From NCBI GenBank assembly GCA_041666545.1, contig JBAYGS010000004.1, positions 8,610 to 72,609 on the forward strand: a DNA stretch of 64,000 bases, written 5' to 3'. Each line of letters begins with the position of its first letter. Position 1 is the stretch's first letter. Below, piece after piece: positions 38,541 through 49,171 of this stretch. The stretch comes from Minisyncoccota bacterium. GTDB taxonomy: Bacteria; Patescibacteriota; Minisyncoccia; Phycocordibacterales; JBAYGS01. The translations under genes were made by a program, and so were the position numbers. The notes under the pieces were generated by a model. The model was not told the DNA's origin, ran no database searches, and saw only the letters and a program-made list of their open reading frames with translations.

Positions 38541-39893
38541 ATGAGGCCCAAAACAATTTTTATCAGCAGCTTCCATCCGATGATTTCACGCAATATTTTG
38601 GCGACTGATTTTTTTTCATACCTGAAAGCTCAAAAAAATATAAGGATTGTCATTCTGGTTCCAAGATATAAGGCCGAATATTTTAAGCAAATGTTTGGCT
38701 CGACCAATGTGATCATTGAAGGGGTTGGCCCCTATCAAGCTTCGCGGACTTTTCTCGGTCTGTTGTTTAAGAAATTAGGGGTGATGCTTTTTAACACAAG
38801 AACGGCACGGAATCGAAAAAGATATGAATACCTTTATCACAAAAAGTACGGCCTGTACTCGGCTTCAATGGTCCTGGGCTCAATTGGCCGTTTTGCTTTT
38901 GTAAGGGCAATTGTTCGCGTCTTGGACTTAAGTTTTTGTCCACAAGGCTATTTTCTCGACTTGTTTGAGAAGTATCAGCCGGATTTGGTTTTCTCGACCG
39001 ACTTGCAGAATGAGAATGATGTTAGCTTGTTGCAAGATGCTAAACATCGGAAGGTCAGGATTGTCGGCATGGTCAGGTCTTGGGACAACCCAACTCAAAG
39101 GATTTTTCGGATTTTGCCGGATCGGCTGGTGGTCGGCTCCCAGGAGTTATTTTCTGAAATTTTGGAGTTATATAAGTATCCGGCCAAACTAATCAGCGTT
39201 ATAGGTAATCCTCACTACGATCGGTATCTTGTGGGCCCGACACAATCGAGAGGCGATTTCTTCAAGTCTTTTGGAATATCACCAGATCGTAAATTAATTG
39301 TTTATGCGCCGGTGAGCGACGCCCTGATAAAATTTAACGATATCGATCAGTACGTGATGTCTTTACTGGGTAAAGTCGAGGCTTCCGTGATTGTGCGGTT
39401 TCCGGCGGAAAAAGGTGTACGTCTGGATAACTTTGTAAAACCTGACAATATGGTTTTCCATCGGACGGGCAAGTCCTTTAACGATAGGGAGCAAGGCGAT
39501 CGAGAGATTACGCCGGCCGACGATGAGAGTCTGATCAACGAGCTATTTTATGCCGATCTGGTGATTACTGGACCGACGAGTATCGCTGTCGATGCGCCAT
39601 TTATGGATCGGCCGACAATCGCCGTGAATTTTTATCCCACACCCAGAAATTTCTTTGAGACAGTTTACTCATATAAGTGTGATCACATTCAAAAAGTTCT
39701 GGAAACCGGCGGCGTGCATTACAGTGACAGTGTCGAAGATTTTTTTCAGGCGATTGCGGCTTATCTCAAAGATCCGGCCAAAGATCGAGCTGGAAGGCTT
39801 AAGATTAAGCAGAAATGGTTTTCAAAAGCTGACGGCCTGGCGGGCCAGAGGCTAGCCAAAGTTGTCATAGATGAATTAGCTCTCAAATCATGA
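38541..39893 (+). CDS. TagF/CDP-glycerol glycerophosphotransferase-like GT-B protein (paralog 1)
   Basis: YQPDLV, RSWDN, GNPHYD, VRFP, TSIAVDA and DGLAGQR motifs. Confidence 0.6.
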   Translation: MRPKTIFISSFHPMISRNILATDFFSYLKAQKNIRIVILVPRYKAEYFKQMFGSTNVIIEGVGPYQASRTFLGLLFKKLGVMLFNTRTARNRKRYEYLYHKKYGLYSASMVLGSIGRFAFVRAIVRVLDLSFCPQGYFLDLFEKYQPDLVFSTDLQNENDVSLLQDAKHRKVRIVGMVRSWDNPTQRIFRILPDRLVVGSQELFSEILELYKYPAKLISVIGNPHYDRYLVGPTQSRGDFFKSFGISPDRKLIVYAPVSDALIKFNDIDQYVMSLLGKVEASVIVRFPAEKGVRLDNFVKPDNMVFHRTGKSFNDREQGDREITPADDESLINELFYADLVITGPTSIAVDAPFMDRPTIAVNFYPTPRNFFETVYSYKCDHIQKVLETGGVHYSDSVEDFFQAIAAYLKDPAKDRAGRLKIKQKWFSKADGLAGQRLAKVVIDELALKS

Positions 39894-41305
39894 AGACGAT
39901 AATTATTCCGGTTACCACCAATTTTTTTACCAGGAATTATCTTCATTCCGGCTTTATCAGCAAGATCGCTAAGACGCCGGAAGTGCAGATTGTTCTTGTG
40001 GTACCGGGACGCTTGAGGTCTGATTATGAAAAAATTTTCGCCGAACTCGATAATATCCGGTTGGTTGAATTTCCACATAATGGTCATCGACTGGCCGATA
40101 AGATTTTTAAGTTTATTGAGACTTCAAGTATCAGTACTCACACTCGATACATGCAGATGATGTCGGAATTTTTCCGACTCCAGGCCAAACATAATTTCTT
40201 GGTGAGATGGTCGATCTTGTTCACTCGGCTTGGTTTTTTCGCCTTAGGTAAATTTAGGTTCTGGCGAGTTTTTATAAGGTGGAGCTATGGAGTAATCCCG
40301 AGCCGGACTTTTGCCGAAATACTCAATGAGTATCAGCCGGATTTGGTTTTCTCTCCGACCATGCTTTATGACGATTATCGGATTCTAAAAGAGGCCAAGC
40401 AGAGGGGGATTAAAACTGCCGGCATAATCCTAAGCTGGGATAATCTTTACAGTAAATCATTGTTGCGTGTTCATCCGGATCAACTTTTTGTGCACACCGA
40501 GGTGTTAAAACAACAAGCCGCGAGTCTTGGTGATTATCCGGCTTCGCATATCTTGGTCACCGGAGTCTTGCAGTATGATCGGTATTTCAATCGGGATCAG
40601 ACTAAAACCGACTGCCAAGCTTTTCGAGAATCGGTCGGCTTTAAAAAAGATGAAGCGATGATCTTGTACGCCTTGTCGGGAAAGGCCGGTCTTGATATAG
40701 ACTTTGTTATTCTTAAACTGATCAGAAAAATTATCGATAGCGGACAACTAGAAAGGAAAGCCAATGTTTTGATTAGGCCGTATCCCAAGGTTGATTTTTC
40801 CGTAGAAAAGCTGGAAAGACTGCAAGCCGAACTCGGCTTTGTTGGCCAGTCATCAGTGGCCCATTTTGCCGAACGAGATGATTGGGAGTTTGATGAACAA
40901 TCTTTAAATTTGCTCGAAATGCAACTCCAGTGCACTGACATCGTCATTACCATGTATTCAACTTTCTTTATCGAGGGGGCGATTTTTGACAAGCCGCTTA
41001 TCGGTATAGCTTTCGATGGTGACTTAAAGCGTGATTATTGGAATTCGGCCAAACGATTTTTTGATTGGGATCATTTAAGAGATATTAAAACTACCAATGG
41101 CATTGATTTGGTGAGGACCGAGAATGAATTGAAGGAGTCACTTAACCTGGCCATTAAAAATCCGGGGCAACTTCAGTTGGGTCGAGAAAGTATTGTTAAG
41201 ATGCAATGCGAGTTTACCGACGGTAAAGCGAGTTGGCGGCTGGCTTCCGCGATCAGTAAATTGTTAAGCCAGGAGACCGACAAAACCATTCATGCTAATA
41301 TTTAA
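39890..41305 (+). CDS. TagF-like GT-B protein (paralog 2)
   Basis: YQPDLV, LSWDNL, GVLQYD, IRPYP, STFFIEG and DGKASWR motifs. Confidence 0.6.
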   Translation: MKTIIIPVTTNFFTRNYLHSGFISKIAKTPEVQIVLVVPGRLRSDYEKIFAELDNIRLVEFPHNGHRLADKIFKFIETSSISTHTRYMQMMSEFFRLQAKHNFLVRWSILFTRLGFFALGKFRFWRVFIRWSYGVIPSRTFAEILNEYQPDLVFSPTMLYDDYRILKEAKQRGIKTAGIILSWDNLYSKSLLRVHPDQLFVHTEVLKQQAASLGDYPASHILVTGVLQYDRYFNRDQTKTDCQAFRESVGFKKDEAMILYALSGKAGLDIDFVILKLIRKIIDSGQLERKANVLIRPYPKVDFSVEKLERLQAELGFVGQSSVAHFAERDDWEFDEQSLNLLEMQLQCTDIVITMYSTFFIEGAIFDKPLIGIAFDGDLKRDYWNSAKRFFDWDHLRDIKTTNGIDLVRTENELKESLNLAIKNPGQLQLGRESIVKMQCEFTDGKASWRLASAISKLLSQETDKTIHANI

Positions 41306-41310
41306 CCTTA

Positions 41311-42717
41311 ATGAAAAAAACTGAAACAATTTTAATTAGCATCGCTTCTTCAGCCGCCTTTCGAAACCTGTTTTTATTTCCAGGGAGTTTCCTTGATTAT
41401 TTGAAACAAGCGATGCGGTCGGGTGATTTATCTGTCGTCTTCGTTGTGACAAAGCAATATGACGCTAAATATCGCGAATTTTTAAATCAGGCGTTGGCTG
41501 AAGTCAAAGATTACTGGACGATCGAAGTCATTAAAGTGCCGACCCCTAGAGGATTTCTCCAAAGATTTTTCTATTTCTGTTACTCGTACCTGATCTTTAC
41601 CGGCACCACGATGATTATGGCCACGATTGGTACCCGGCCGGATGAACCGCCGGCTGGCGGGCGAGGATACCTTTCGCCGATTAAAGGATTCATCAGTTTG
41701 AGTCTTGGGAAATCAGCTTATGTGAAGCAAAAACTGGTACCGGCTCTGTTTCAGTCTATTTTCAAAAACATTCGATCTTTTGCCCCAGTTTTCGATAAGT
41801 ACCAACCGGTCAAAATTTTTGCCACCCACATTTATGGTTGGTTCGACATGATTTTGATTTCTGAGGCGAAGCGGCGAAATATCAAGACAGTCGGCATGCC
41901 GGCCGGTTGGGATCATTTGGATAAATATTTCTTGCCGCTCAAAGTTGATCGACTGGTTGTGCAGAGTCAGCAAATTAAAGATATGGCCGTCGATTACCAA
42001 GGTTATAATCCTGAGTCGATTGAAATTGTCGGCTATCCGCACTTTGATTTTATTTGGAAGCGAGAATTTTTGCAGCCGAGGGAGAAAATTTTGGAAACTC
42101 TTAATTTTCCGACCAACGCCAAGTTTATTCTGTATATCTCGGGCAGTGCCTATTGTCCTGATGAGCCGGAAATAATTGAGACCATGATCAAGTGGGCCGA
42201 CGAAAATAAATTTGGCACTGATGTGCGTTTTGTGATCCGCCCTTACCTTGGCGGTCGCAGCAAAGATCGAGAGTTCGATGAAGAAAAGTTTAATCGTTTT
42301 GAGAATAATCCGAGGGTTTATTTTTACCGGCGAGAGTTTTGGGGAGATATCCCAAAAACCGAGCATTTTTTGAACATCATCAATTCTGCCGATGCCGTGA
42401 TTTCGGTTTACAGCACCGCCGTGCTTGAGGCGGCCGTGCTCGATCGCCCGATTGTGGCCCCGCTTTTTGACGGCTATCAAATTCGTCCTTTCAGGCGTTC
42501 GATTACTCGTTTTGCCAAATTCGATCACTTTAAGAGTGTTCTTGAGACCGGCGCCTTAAGAACCCCGAAGAGCTTTAAAGAATTATTTGCCGATCTGGAT
42601 AAATATTTGCGCGACCCTGCAGCCGATTCCGATAAGCGCCGACTTTTGAGAGAAAACGTCTGCGGCCCGCTTGATGGTCATTCATCTGAAAGGGTTTTTA
42701 GGGCTCTGTCTAAGTGA
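41311..42717 (+). CDS. TagF-like GT-B protein (paralog 3)
   Basis: YQP, GWDHL, GYPHFD, IRPY, STAVLEA and DGHSSER motifs. Confidence 0.6.
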   Translation: MKKTETILISIASSAAFRNLFLFPGSFLDYLKQAMRSGDLSVVFVVTKQYDAKYREFLNQALAEVKDYWTIEVIKVPTPRGFLQRFFYFCYSYLIFTGTTMIMATIGTRPDEPPAGGRGYLSPIKGFISLSLGKSAYVKQKLVPALFQSIFKNIRSFAPVFDKYQPVKIFATHIYGWFDMILISEAKRRNIKTVGMPAGWDHLDKYFLPLKVDRLVVQSQQIKDMAVDYQGYNPESIEIVGYPHFDFIWKREFLQPREKILETLNFPTNAKFILYISGSAYCPDEPEIIETMIKWADENKFGTDVRFVIRPYLGGRSKDREFDEEKFNRFENNPRVYFYRREFWGDIPKTEHFLNIINSADAVISVYSTAVLEAAVLDRPIVAPLFDGYQIRPFRRSITRFAKFDHFKSVLETGALRTPKSFKELFADLDKYLRDPAADSDKRRLLRENVCGPLDGHSSERVFRALSK

Positions 42718-42863
42718 AAAGCCGAGTCGGTTTCGCTTAAATTTCTTGACTCGAATTTACAAGCTAGAATGATATAATTATCCGGCTAGTCCTCAATAAA
42801 GTGGAGGAGAGGGATTGAGTTTCAGGTTGTCTATAATTACCAGATCACATTAATTAATATTCA

Positions 42864-43499
42864 ATGAGTGTTTACGATATACCTTTCTGGTCAAAGGATT
42901 TTTATGACCACAAAGCTAGGTGGATCCATTACTATAACCAGATTAGGGCAGTGGCGAATGAGATCAAATTTCGCGGTAAAGATCTCAAGTCTTTCCGTGT
43001 TCTCGAGGTTGGTCCATCGCACGGCCAGGTGACCTCTTATTTGAAAAAATTTGGCGTTGATACCACCACGATTGATAATAAAAAAGAGTATAGTCCGGAT
43101 GTCCTGGGTTCGGTTTACGAGATGCCTTTTCCAGATAATTCGTTCGATATGATTTTGATCTGTGAGGTGTTGGAGCATATGCCATACGAACAGTTTCCGG
43201 TTGCCCTCAAGGAGCTTTACCGAGTGACCAAGAAAACTGTGTTTTTCTCGGCCCCGGATACCAGGAGGACCTTTTCGGGTCTTTACCTGAAATTGCCTTT
43301 TTTGAAAGCGGTTGAATTTATCCTCAAACTTTCGACTCGCCAAAATGAAATCATGGACGGTCATTTTTGGGAAATTGGTAAACGCGATTTTTCCGTCTCA
43401 AGAGTCAAAGCCGATATTGAAAAAGCTGGCTTCAAAATTCTTGAAGATAAGGTTTACTACGATACTCCCAAAAATCACTATTTTTGGCTGGAGAAGTAA
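42864..43499 (+). CDS. Class I SAM-dependent methyltransferase
   Basis: VLEVGP, FD, EVLEH and HFWEIG motifs. Confidence 0.85.
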   Translation: MSVYDIPFWSKDFYDHKARWIHYYNQIRAVANEIKFRGKDLKSFRVLEVGPSHGQVTSYLKKFGVDTTTIDNKKEYSPDVLGSVYEMPFPDNSFDMILICEVLEHMPYEQFPVALKELYRVTKKTVFFSAPDTRRTFSGLYLKLPFLKAVEFILKLSTRQNEIMDGHFWEIGKRDFSVSRVKADIEKAGFKILEDKVYYDTPKNHYFWLEK

Positions 43500-43510
43500 T
43501 TTGATGATTC

Positions 43511-45100
43511 ATGTTTGCTAAGTTAATAAAAAATAAAGAAGCTTGGTTTAGGGTCTCACTCGTGACAACAATTTTGCTGGCGATTGCCGAGATCGCTTTG
43601 CTTTTAATGTACAGGGAGACTTGGGTTGATGAGCAAATTTATCTTTTCAAAAGCCTGGTAATATTAAGGGGCGATTTTGTTCCCTTTGGCGATATTTTGG
43701 TTGAATACCCGCCGGCTTTTATCTTGATTTACGGATTGCCCCAGCTAATCTTTGGTGCCGGTTTCTATGTCGGCAGGCTGACCGCCGTTCTTGTTTTGGT
43801 CATCTGTCTAATATTGTTTTTTAAATTAGCTGAAAAACTCAGTAGCCGATGGTTGGCTCTCGGTTCGGTAATTTTTCTTCTCAGCAATGTTCTACTGATC
43901 GGCAATTATATTTCGGTCTCTCTCTACGCTCCGAGTTTGCTTGTAATGCTGGTAATGGTTTATACGGAAACCTTGTCAATCAAGTCTCGATCTAAAATAA
44001 TAATTGCGGGCATTTGCGGGGCGCTGCTGATCCTGATCAGGATTAATTTGGTGCCGGTCGTAATCGTCTATCTGGCTTATCTGATCTGGCAGAAGACTTC
44101 TCTGAAGCAGGTATCCTTATTTGTGGGGGTTTTCGCGGCCGTTGTAATTCTCGGCTATCTGCCAATCGTTCTCAGTAATCCAACTCTGGCGATTAGCTAC
44201 ATCCTGTCTCCTTTCCATGTCTTAGGACCCCTTAAGGCCTTGCCGACTAACGGTGTTTCGAGTCCTGGTCTAAGTAGCATGCTTCTGGTTTTGGCCGAAT
44301 TTATCAAAGAGTATCTTATCTACCTGGCCTTATTTTTGGCTGTGGCCTTTGCTTTCGTCAAAGGACTTTCTAAAGAAGTGGCGATTCGGCAGTTTTTAAT
44401 TCAAGAAAAGATTTATGTTTTCGTGACGGTTTTGGGCGTCGCCCTGATAGCGACACATTATTTTTATTGGCGGATTGCCGGCAACTTGTACTACGCTAAC
44501 TATTTTATCCCAATCTTGGTGTTGTCGGCGATAATCGGGACTTTCAAATTTACGGACGATAAGTCACCTTGGGTTTTAGTTTTAATTGTCGGGATAATTC
44601 TGAACTTTGGCGCTAATATTTTGAGGACTGATGTGGTCTCCAGCCCAAATTCAGAGTCCGATCTCACCAGAGTCGAAAGGGGGGCAGCTTTTGTCAAAGC
44701 TAACACCCAACCGACTGATACCGTTGTTGCGTTTGACAACTCTATTTTTCAAGTTTATCTGGCAGGACGGAAGACTTACCCGCAATTGATTAACCGCGAC
44801 TTTTATTATCTGGGAGGGGAATCTAAGGAAGTCGCCTCATCGTTATTGATGTACAATTTTGACATGCTGACTGATTGGATCAAAAATAGTGACTACCTGG
44901 TTCTTCATGAAGAAAGTTGGCCGGTAATGTTTAGGCGAGCCTTCTGGAAGGACAATGTGAAAGTGGATGGTCGGCTGGAAATCGAAAAGTTGCTGAAGGA
45001 TCGATTCACGCTTGTCGGAACCGAAAAAAATGTGTATCCTCGAAAGTATACCGAGGGTAACGATGGTGGCACCCTCTTACTATATAAGAGAATCAAATGA
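43511..45100 (+). CDS. Polytopic membrane protein, GT-C (GT39/ArnT-like) candidate
   Basis: WVDE and EYPP in the first loop followed by many TM helices. Confidence 0.6.
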   Translation: MFAKLIKNKEAWFRVSLVTTILLAIAEIALLLMYRETWVDEQIYLFKSLVILRGDFVPFGDILVEYPPAFILIYGLPQLIFGAGFYVGRLTAVLVLVICLILFFKLAEKLSSRWLALGSVIFLLSNVLLIGNYISVSLYAPSLLVMLVMVYTETLSIKSRSKIIIAGICGALLILIRINLVPVVIVYLAYLIWQKTSLKQVSLFVGVFAAVVILGYLPIVLSNPTLAISYILSPFHVLGPLKALPTNGVSSPGLSSMLLVLAEFIKEYLIYLALFLAVAFAFVKGLSKEVAIRQFLIQEKIYVFVTVLGVALIATHYFYWRIAGNLYYANYFIPILVLSAIIGTFKFTDDKSPWVLVLIVGIILNFGANILRTDVVSSPNSESDLTRVERGAAFVKANTQPTDTVVAFDNSIFQVYLAGRKTYPQLINRDFYYLGGESKEVASSLLMYNFDMLTDWIKNSDYLVLHEESWPVMFRRAFWKDNVKVDGRLEIEKLLKDRFTLVGTEKNVYPRKYTEGNDGGTLLLYKRIK

Positions 45101-46038
45101 TCTCAGTTATTGTGCCGGTCTACAACGAGAAGGATAATGTCGGACCTCTGGTTAAAGAGCTGGTTTCAGTTGTCGGTAAAGAAACAAAGGATTTTGACAT
45201 CATCATTGTCGATGATGGTTCAGCTGACAGCACTTACAATGAGTTAAAAAAGCTGGCGGAGACCGAGAAGCATTTGAAGGTTATAAAATTTAGCCGCAAC
45301 TTCGGTCAAACCTCCGCTTTTGCGGCCGGCATCGAGGCGTCGAAGGGGGACATCATTATCACAATTGACGGCGATCTCGAGAATGACCCCAACGACATCC
45401 CTAAGATGCTCCGAATGATTGAAAGCGGAGTTGATCTGGTTTCCGGCTGGCGCAAGAACCGTTGGCAAGGTCAACTGTTTACCCGCAGATTGCCTTCACT
45501 TTGCGCCAATAAGTTGATTTCCGCCATTAGCGGGGTCAAGCTCCACGACTATGGCTGCATGCTTAAAGTGTATCGGCGTGAAGTGATCAAAGATGTCTCG
45601 CTTTATGGTGAGATGCACCGTTTTATCCCGGCTTATGTTAAATATAATGGCGCCAATATCGCCGAAGTTGAGGTTAATTATCGGCCGAGGCGATTTGGGG
45701 TCAGTAAGTATGGTTTGGGAAGGGTTTCCAAAGTTATTTTGGATCTTCTATTTATCAGGTATATGATGAATTATATGAATAAGCCGATCAGATTTTTTGG
45801 CGGGATTGGCATGTTCTCTTTGCTTCTGGGGCTTGTTTCCGGTTTGGCGGCGATAATTTTAAAAATTATGGGCCTCAGAAATCTGGTTGCGACGCCTTTG
45901 CCAATCTTCTCGGCAATCTTTGTAATTGTGGGAATTCAGCTTTTGGTGATGGGTATTTTGGCGGAAATGATCATGAGAACTTACTACGAGTCTCAACACA
46001 AGACGCCGTACAAAGTTAAAAATCGAATCAATTTTTAA
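45097..46038 (+). CDS. Glycosyltransferase family 2 (ArnC/GtrB-like)
   Basis: VPVYNE, DDGS, RNFGQ, DGDLENDP and HRFIP motifs; two C-terminal TMs. Confidence 0.92.
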   Translation: MISVIVPVYNEKDNVGPLVKELVSVVGKETKDFDIIIVDDGSADSTYNELKKLAETEKHLKVIKFSRNFGQTSAFAAGIEASKGDIIITIDGDLENDPNDIPKMLRMIESGVDLVSGWRKNRWQGQLFTRRLPSLCANKLISAISGVKLHDYGCMLKVYRREVIKDVSLYGEMHRFIPAYVKYNGANIAEVEVNYRPRRFGVSKYGLGRVSKVILDLLFIRYMMNYMNKPIRFFGGIGMFSLLLGLVSGLAAIILKIMGLRNLVATPLPIFSAIFVIVGIQLLVMGILAEMIMRTYYESQHKTPYKVKNRINF

Positions 46039-46054
46039 GTTGTCTCGGCCAAGT

Positions 46055-47245
46055 ATGATTAAAAAAAAGATACTAATGATTGCGCCAACTCCGTTTTATT
46101 CCAATCGGGGCTGTCACATGAGAATTTTTGAAGAGGCCAGGTGGTTATCAAAGGATCATTATTTGGTCAAAATTGTCACTTACCAGGTTGGCGACAATCC
46201 GGAAGGTTTTGATGTTGAGCGGATTCCCGACTGGTTTTTTTGGAGTCGGGTCGGTCTTAAGGCTAACCAGCCGACTTGGCATAAAATTTATTTAGATTTT
46301 TTTCTTTTGCTTAAGACCTTTGTCGTGGCGATCAAATTTCGTCCGGCGGTCCTGCATTGTCACCTGCATGAAGGCGCGCTAATCGGCCTTCTCGTCGGTC
46401 CTTTATTGGGAGCCAAAGTGATTTTTGATAGCCAGGGCGGTTTGACTGACGAATTGTCGAGATTCAAGATGATTGAAAAAGGTTCCCTCCTTTATGGCAT
46501 TTTTCTATTGATCGAAAAAGCGATTTACCGCCTCGTGCCAACTATCGTGGCGAGTAATGAGAGTAACTATGCGATGTTGCGTGATTTGTTCAAGGTTCCG
46601 GAGACCAAATTAAGACTGGTGCCTGACGCCATTAGTTTCGATATCAAGACAGATCCAAAAGTGACCGAAACCTTAAGGAAGGAAATGAAAATCCCGTCTG
46701 ATCGAAAAGTTATCGTCTATCTCGGCAGTTATACCGAAGTACAAAATGTTGAAGCGGTTTTGAAACTGGCGGAAGTTATGAAAAGTAAACGACAAGATAT
46801 TTTTTGGGTCTTGCGAGGTAATGGCGATGTGGCCCATTATCAAAATTTGGTTCAAACGCTAAAATTGTCCGACCGGGTGTACTTAGGTGACGTGATTCCT
46901 TATTTGGATTCACAAAGCTACTTGGCTTTGGGTGACTTTGCTATTACTTTGAAACTCCGCACCACCGAAAGTAATGGCAAGTTACTAAGTTATGCTTTGG
47001 CCAGGTTGCCGATAATTGCTCTAGATCATCAGTCCAATCGATCTTTAATTGGCGATTCGGCCTGTTATCTGGGAGGGGACGGTGACTATGAGGCCTGGTC
47101 AAGTAAGTTATCAAAGTATCTGGATTTGCCGAAATCGACGCACGAGGAAACGGCTCGGCAATTAGAAAAAAAGATCAAGGCCTGTTATGCTTGGGAAAGC
47201 ATTATTAAAAAATTAGAATCGATTTATGACGGAGACAATATCTAA
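46055..47245 (+). CDS. Glycosyltransferase family 4
   Basis: APTPF..RGCHMRI and ESNGKLLSY motifs. Confidence 0.82.
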   Translation: MIKKKILMIAPTPFYSNRGCHMRIFEEARWLSKDHYLVKIVTYQVGDNPEGFDVERIPDWFFWSRVGLKANQPTWHKIYLDFFLLLKTFVVAIKFRPAVLHCHLHEGALIGLLVGPLLGAKVIFDSQGGLTDELSRFKMIEKGSLLYGIFLLIEKAIYRLVPTIVASNESNYAMLRDLFKVPETKLRLVPDAISFDIKTDPKVTETLRKEMKIPSDRKVIVYLGSYTEVQNVEAVLKLAEVMKSKRQDIFWVLRGNGDVAHYQNLVQTLKLSDRVYLGDVIPYLDSQSYLALGDFAITLKLRTTESNGKLLSYALARLPIIALDHQSNRSLIGDSACYLGGDGDYEAWSSKLSKYLDLPKSTHEETARQLEKKIKACYAWESIIKKLESIYDGDNI

Positions 47246-48140
47246 CTGTCCGCTTTGCAACAGTGTGAATTATCGGGAGGTTATTAGTTTGCCTGAAATC
47301 GGCGGTTCTGGACCGGAAGTTTTTACTTTCAGACGCTGTCTTAATTGTGGTGTGATGTTTCTGGCGGTGCGACCGCCGGCCTCTGAAATGGCGAGATATT
47401 ACCGAGACGATTATGAGCCGTATCAAAACACTTACCATCCGATTGCCGAGGCTTTTGTCGGTTGGCGAACCAAAAAAGAGGGGAAGATGCTTCTAAAATA
47501 TTGTCCGTCGGCCAAAGACTTGCTCGATGTTGGAGCCTCTTGGGGCAAATACATTAAGGCGATGCGCGACCGCCTCAATTTTAAGGTGGTTGGAGTTGAA
47601 CCTAATTCGGCCATGTGTGCCGAGGGGAAGCGCCGGGGATTGGATCTGCGAGCAGGTGAACTGCTGGCTCAAAAATTTCCCGATCAGTCGTTTGATATTT
47701 TGGTGATGAATCACGTAATTGAACACCTTTCCAGCCCGAGAAAAGAAGTCAGAGAAATTTTTAGAATCTTGAGGCCGGGCGGTCTGGCGTTGCTAAGAAC
47801 GCCAAATGAAGATACTCCCGAAAGGCATTTTTTTGGCCGAGCTTGGTTGGCTTATGAATTTCCACGCCATCTGATCTTGTTTAATCGCGAGACCCTGAGT
47901 CGACTTTTGGAAAAGGAGGGCTTTGAGGTGATAAAAGTCTGGTTTGAAAAAACACCCAACGATATTATTCTCTCGATAAAAAATTTCGGTCAACTCAAAA
48001 AGTGGCCACTAAAACTGACCAAGTTTTTTGACATCAATAATCTCTTTCTGCTTTGCCTGTTCCAGCCGATTGCACTTTTGTCTGGGCTATTTTCTAAAAC
48101 CGGTCGCATGGTTATTTTGGCTAAAAAAAAGAGCCGATGA
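47226..48140 (+). CDS. Class I SAM-dependent methyltransferase with an N-terminal Zn ribbon
   Basis: CPLC...CLNC, LDVG, HVIEH, TPN and PRH motifs. Confidence 0.85.
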   Translation: MTETISNCPLCNSVNYREVISLPEIGGSGPEVFTFRRCLNCGVMFLAVRPPASEMARYYRDDYEPYQNTYHPIAEAFVGWRTKKEGKMLLKYCPSAKDLLDVGASWGKYIKAMRDRLNFKVVGVEPNSAMCAEGKRRGLDLRAGELLAQKFPDQSFDILVMNHVIEHLSSPRKEVREIFRILRPGGLALLRTPNEDTPERHFFGRAWLAYEFPRHLILFNRETLSRLLEKEGFEVIKVWFEKTPNDIILSIKNFGQLKKWPLKLTKFFDINNLFLLCLFQPIALLSGLFSKTGRMVILAKKKSR

Positions 48141-49132
48141 AACAAAAACTAAAACAAAATTTAATCTTTCTGGCAAAATTTGCTGCTAGTATTTTGTTGA
48201 TCAATTTTCTACTGACCAAAATCGATTACCAGTCGGTTCTGGCGGTTCTTGGCGAACTTAAATGGGGTTACTTTGCAGTTGCGGTCCTGATTTCATTTGT
48301 GGCGCTCTTTATCAATGCCTACAAATGGCGGATTTTGCTTACGCCAATCATTAGCACCGTGTCGGTTATAAAATTATTCGAGCTCAACCTCATTGGACTA
48401 TTTTACGGTAATTTCTTGCCGGGTGGACAATTGACCGGGGAAGTGGTTAAGACTTACCGGGTTTTGCCTTTGTTATCGGAAAAATACAAAATTGTCTTTT
48501 CGGTTTTCTTTGATCGAGTCACCGGTTTTATCGCACTCTCAATTCTTGGCGCGGTGGTATTTCTGGTTGCCGGTCCAAATTTAGCGCGACCCAACGCAAT
48601 CGAATGGTCTTTTGCTATCTTGTTTTTGATCTCGGTAGTCTCAGTCCTGCTTTTTAACAAGAAATTTTTCAGCCTAATGGTTAAGGTCGGCTCGCTTTTG
48701 ATTCCGGCTCAAGGTTGGCCTGACCGGATTTTCAAAAATTTGGTCAGTGGTTTTAATCTTTATCTTGGCGACTATAGGCTCATCGGGAAGTCGATCATGG
48801 TCGGCGTTGTCTTTCAATTTGTAAACTTTCTATCACTTTATTTTGTTTCCTTGGCTTTAAACCTGCCGATTGGTCTCACTAATATTATTTGGGTCTATGC
48901 TCTAGTCAGTGTCATCTTGTTTATCCCGATTAGTATTATGGGGCTTGGTCAAAGGGAAATCAGCTTCGTCTATCTGCTAGGGCTTATCGGTGTTTCTGAG
49001 ACGCACGCGGTCAGCTTGTCACTTGGTGTTTTTGTGAGTATCTTGGCCGGTGCGTTAGTTGGCGGTTTGCTTGAATTGGCTTATTTTCTTAGAAATCGCC
49101 AGAGAGGGTCTCAGGATAAAAGCGTTGTTTAA
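48137..49132 (+). CDS. Lysylphosphatidylglycerol-synthase-TM / flippase-like membrane protein
   Basis: KWRILL, PGG..GE, DR and PISIMGLGQRE motifs. Confidence 0.8.
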   Translation: MKQKLKQNLIFLAKFAASILLINFLLTKIDYQSVLAVLGELKWGYFAVAVLISFVALFINAYKWRILLTPIISTVSVIKLFELNLIGLFYGNFLPGGQLTGEVVKTYRVLPLLSEKYKIVFSVFFDRVTGFIALSILGAVVFLVAGPNLARPNAIEWSFAILFLISVVSVLLFNKKFFSLMVKVGSLLIPAQGWPDRIFKNLVSGFNLYLGDYRLIGKSIMVGVVFQFVNFLSLYFVSLALNLPIGLTNIIWVYALVSVILFIPISIMGLGQREISFVYLLGLIGVSETHAVSLSLGVFVSILAGALVGGLLELAYFLRNRQRGSQDKSVV

Positions 49133-49171
49133 AGGAACTTTTAGTTGAGATATAATTCTAAATTAATAATT

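Noticed and set aside
41713-42528. 271-aa minus-strand ORF (similarly 57966-58631 and 59045-59725)
   Set aside because: Antisense to well-supported genes, with no motifs.
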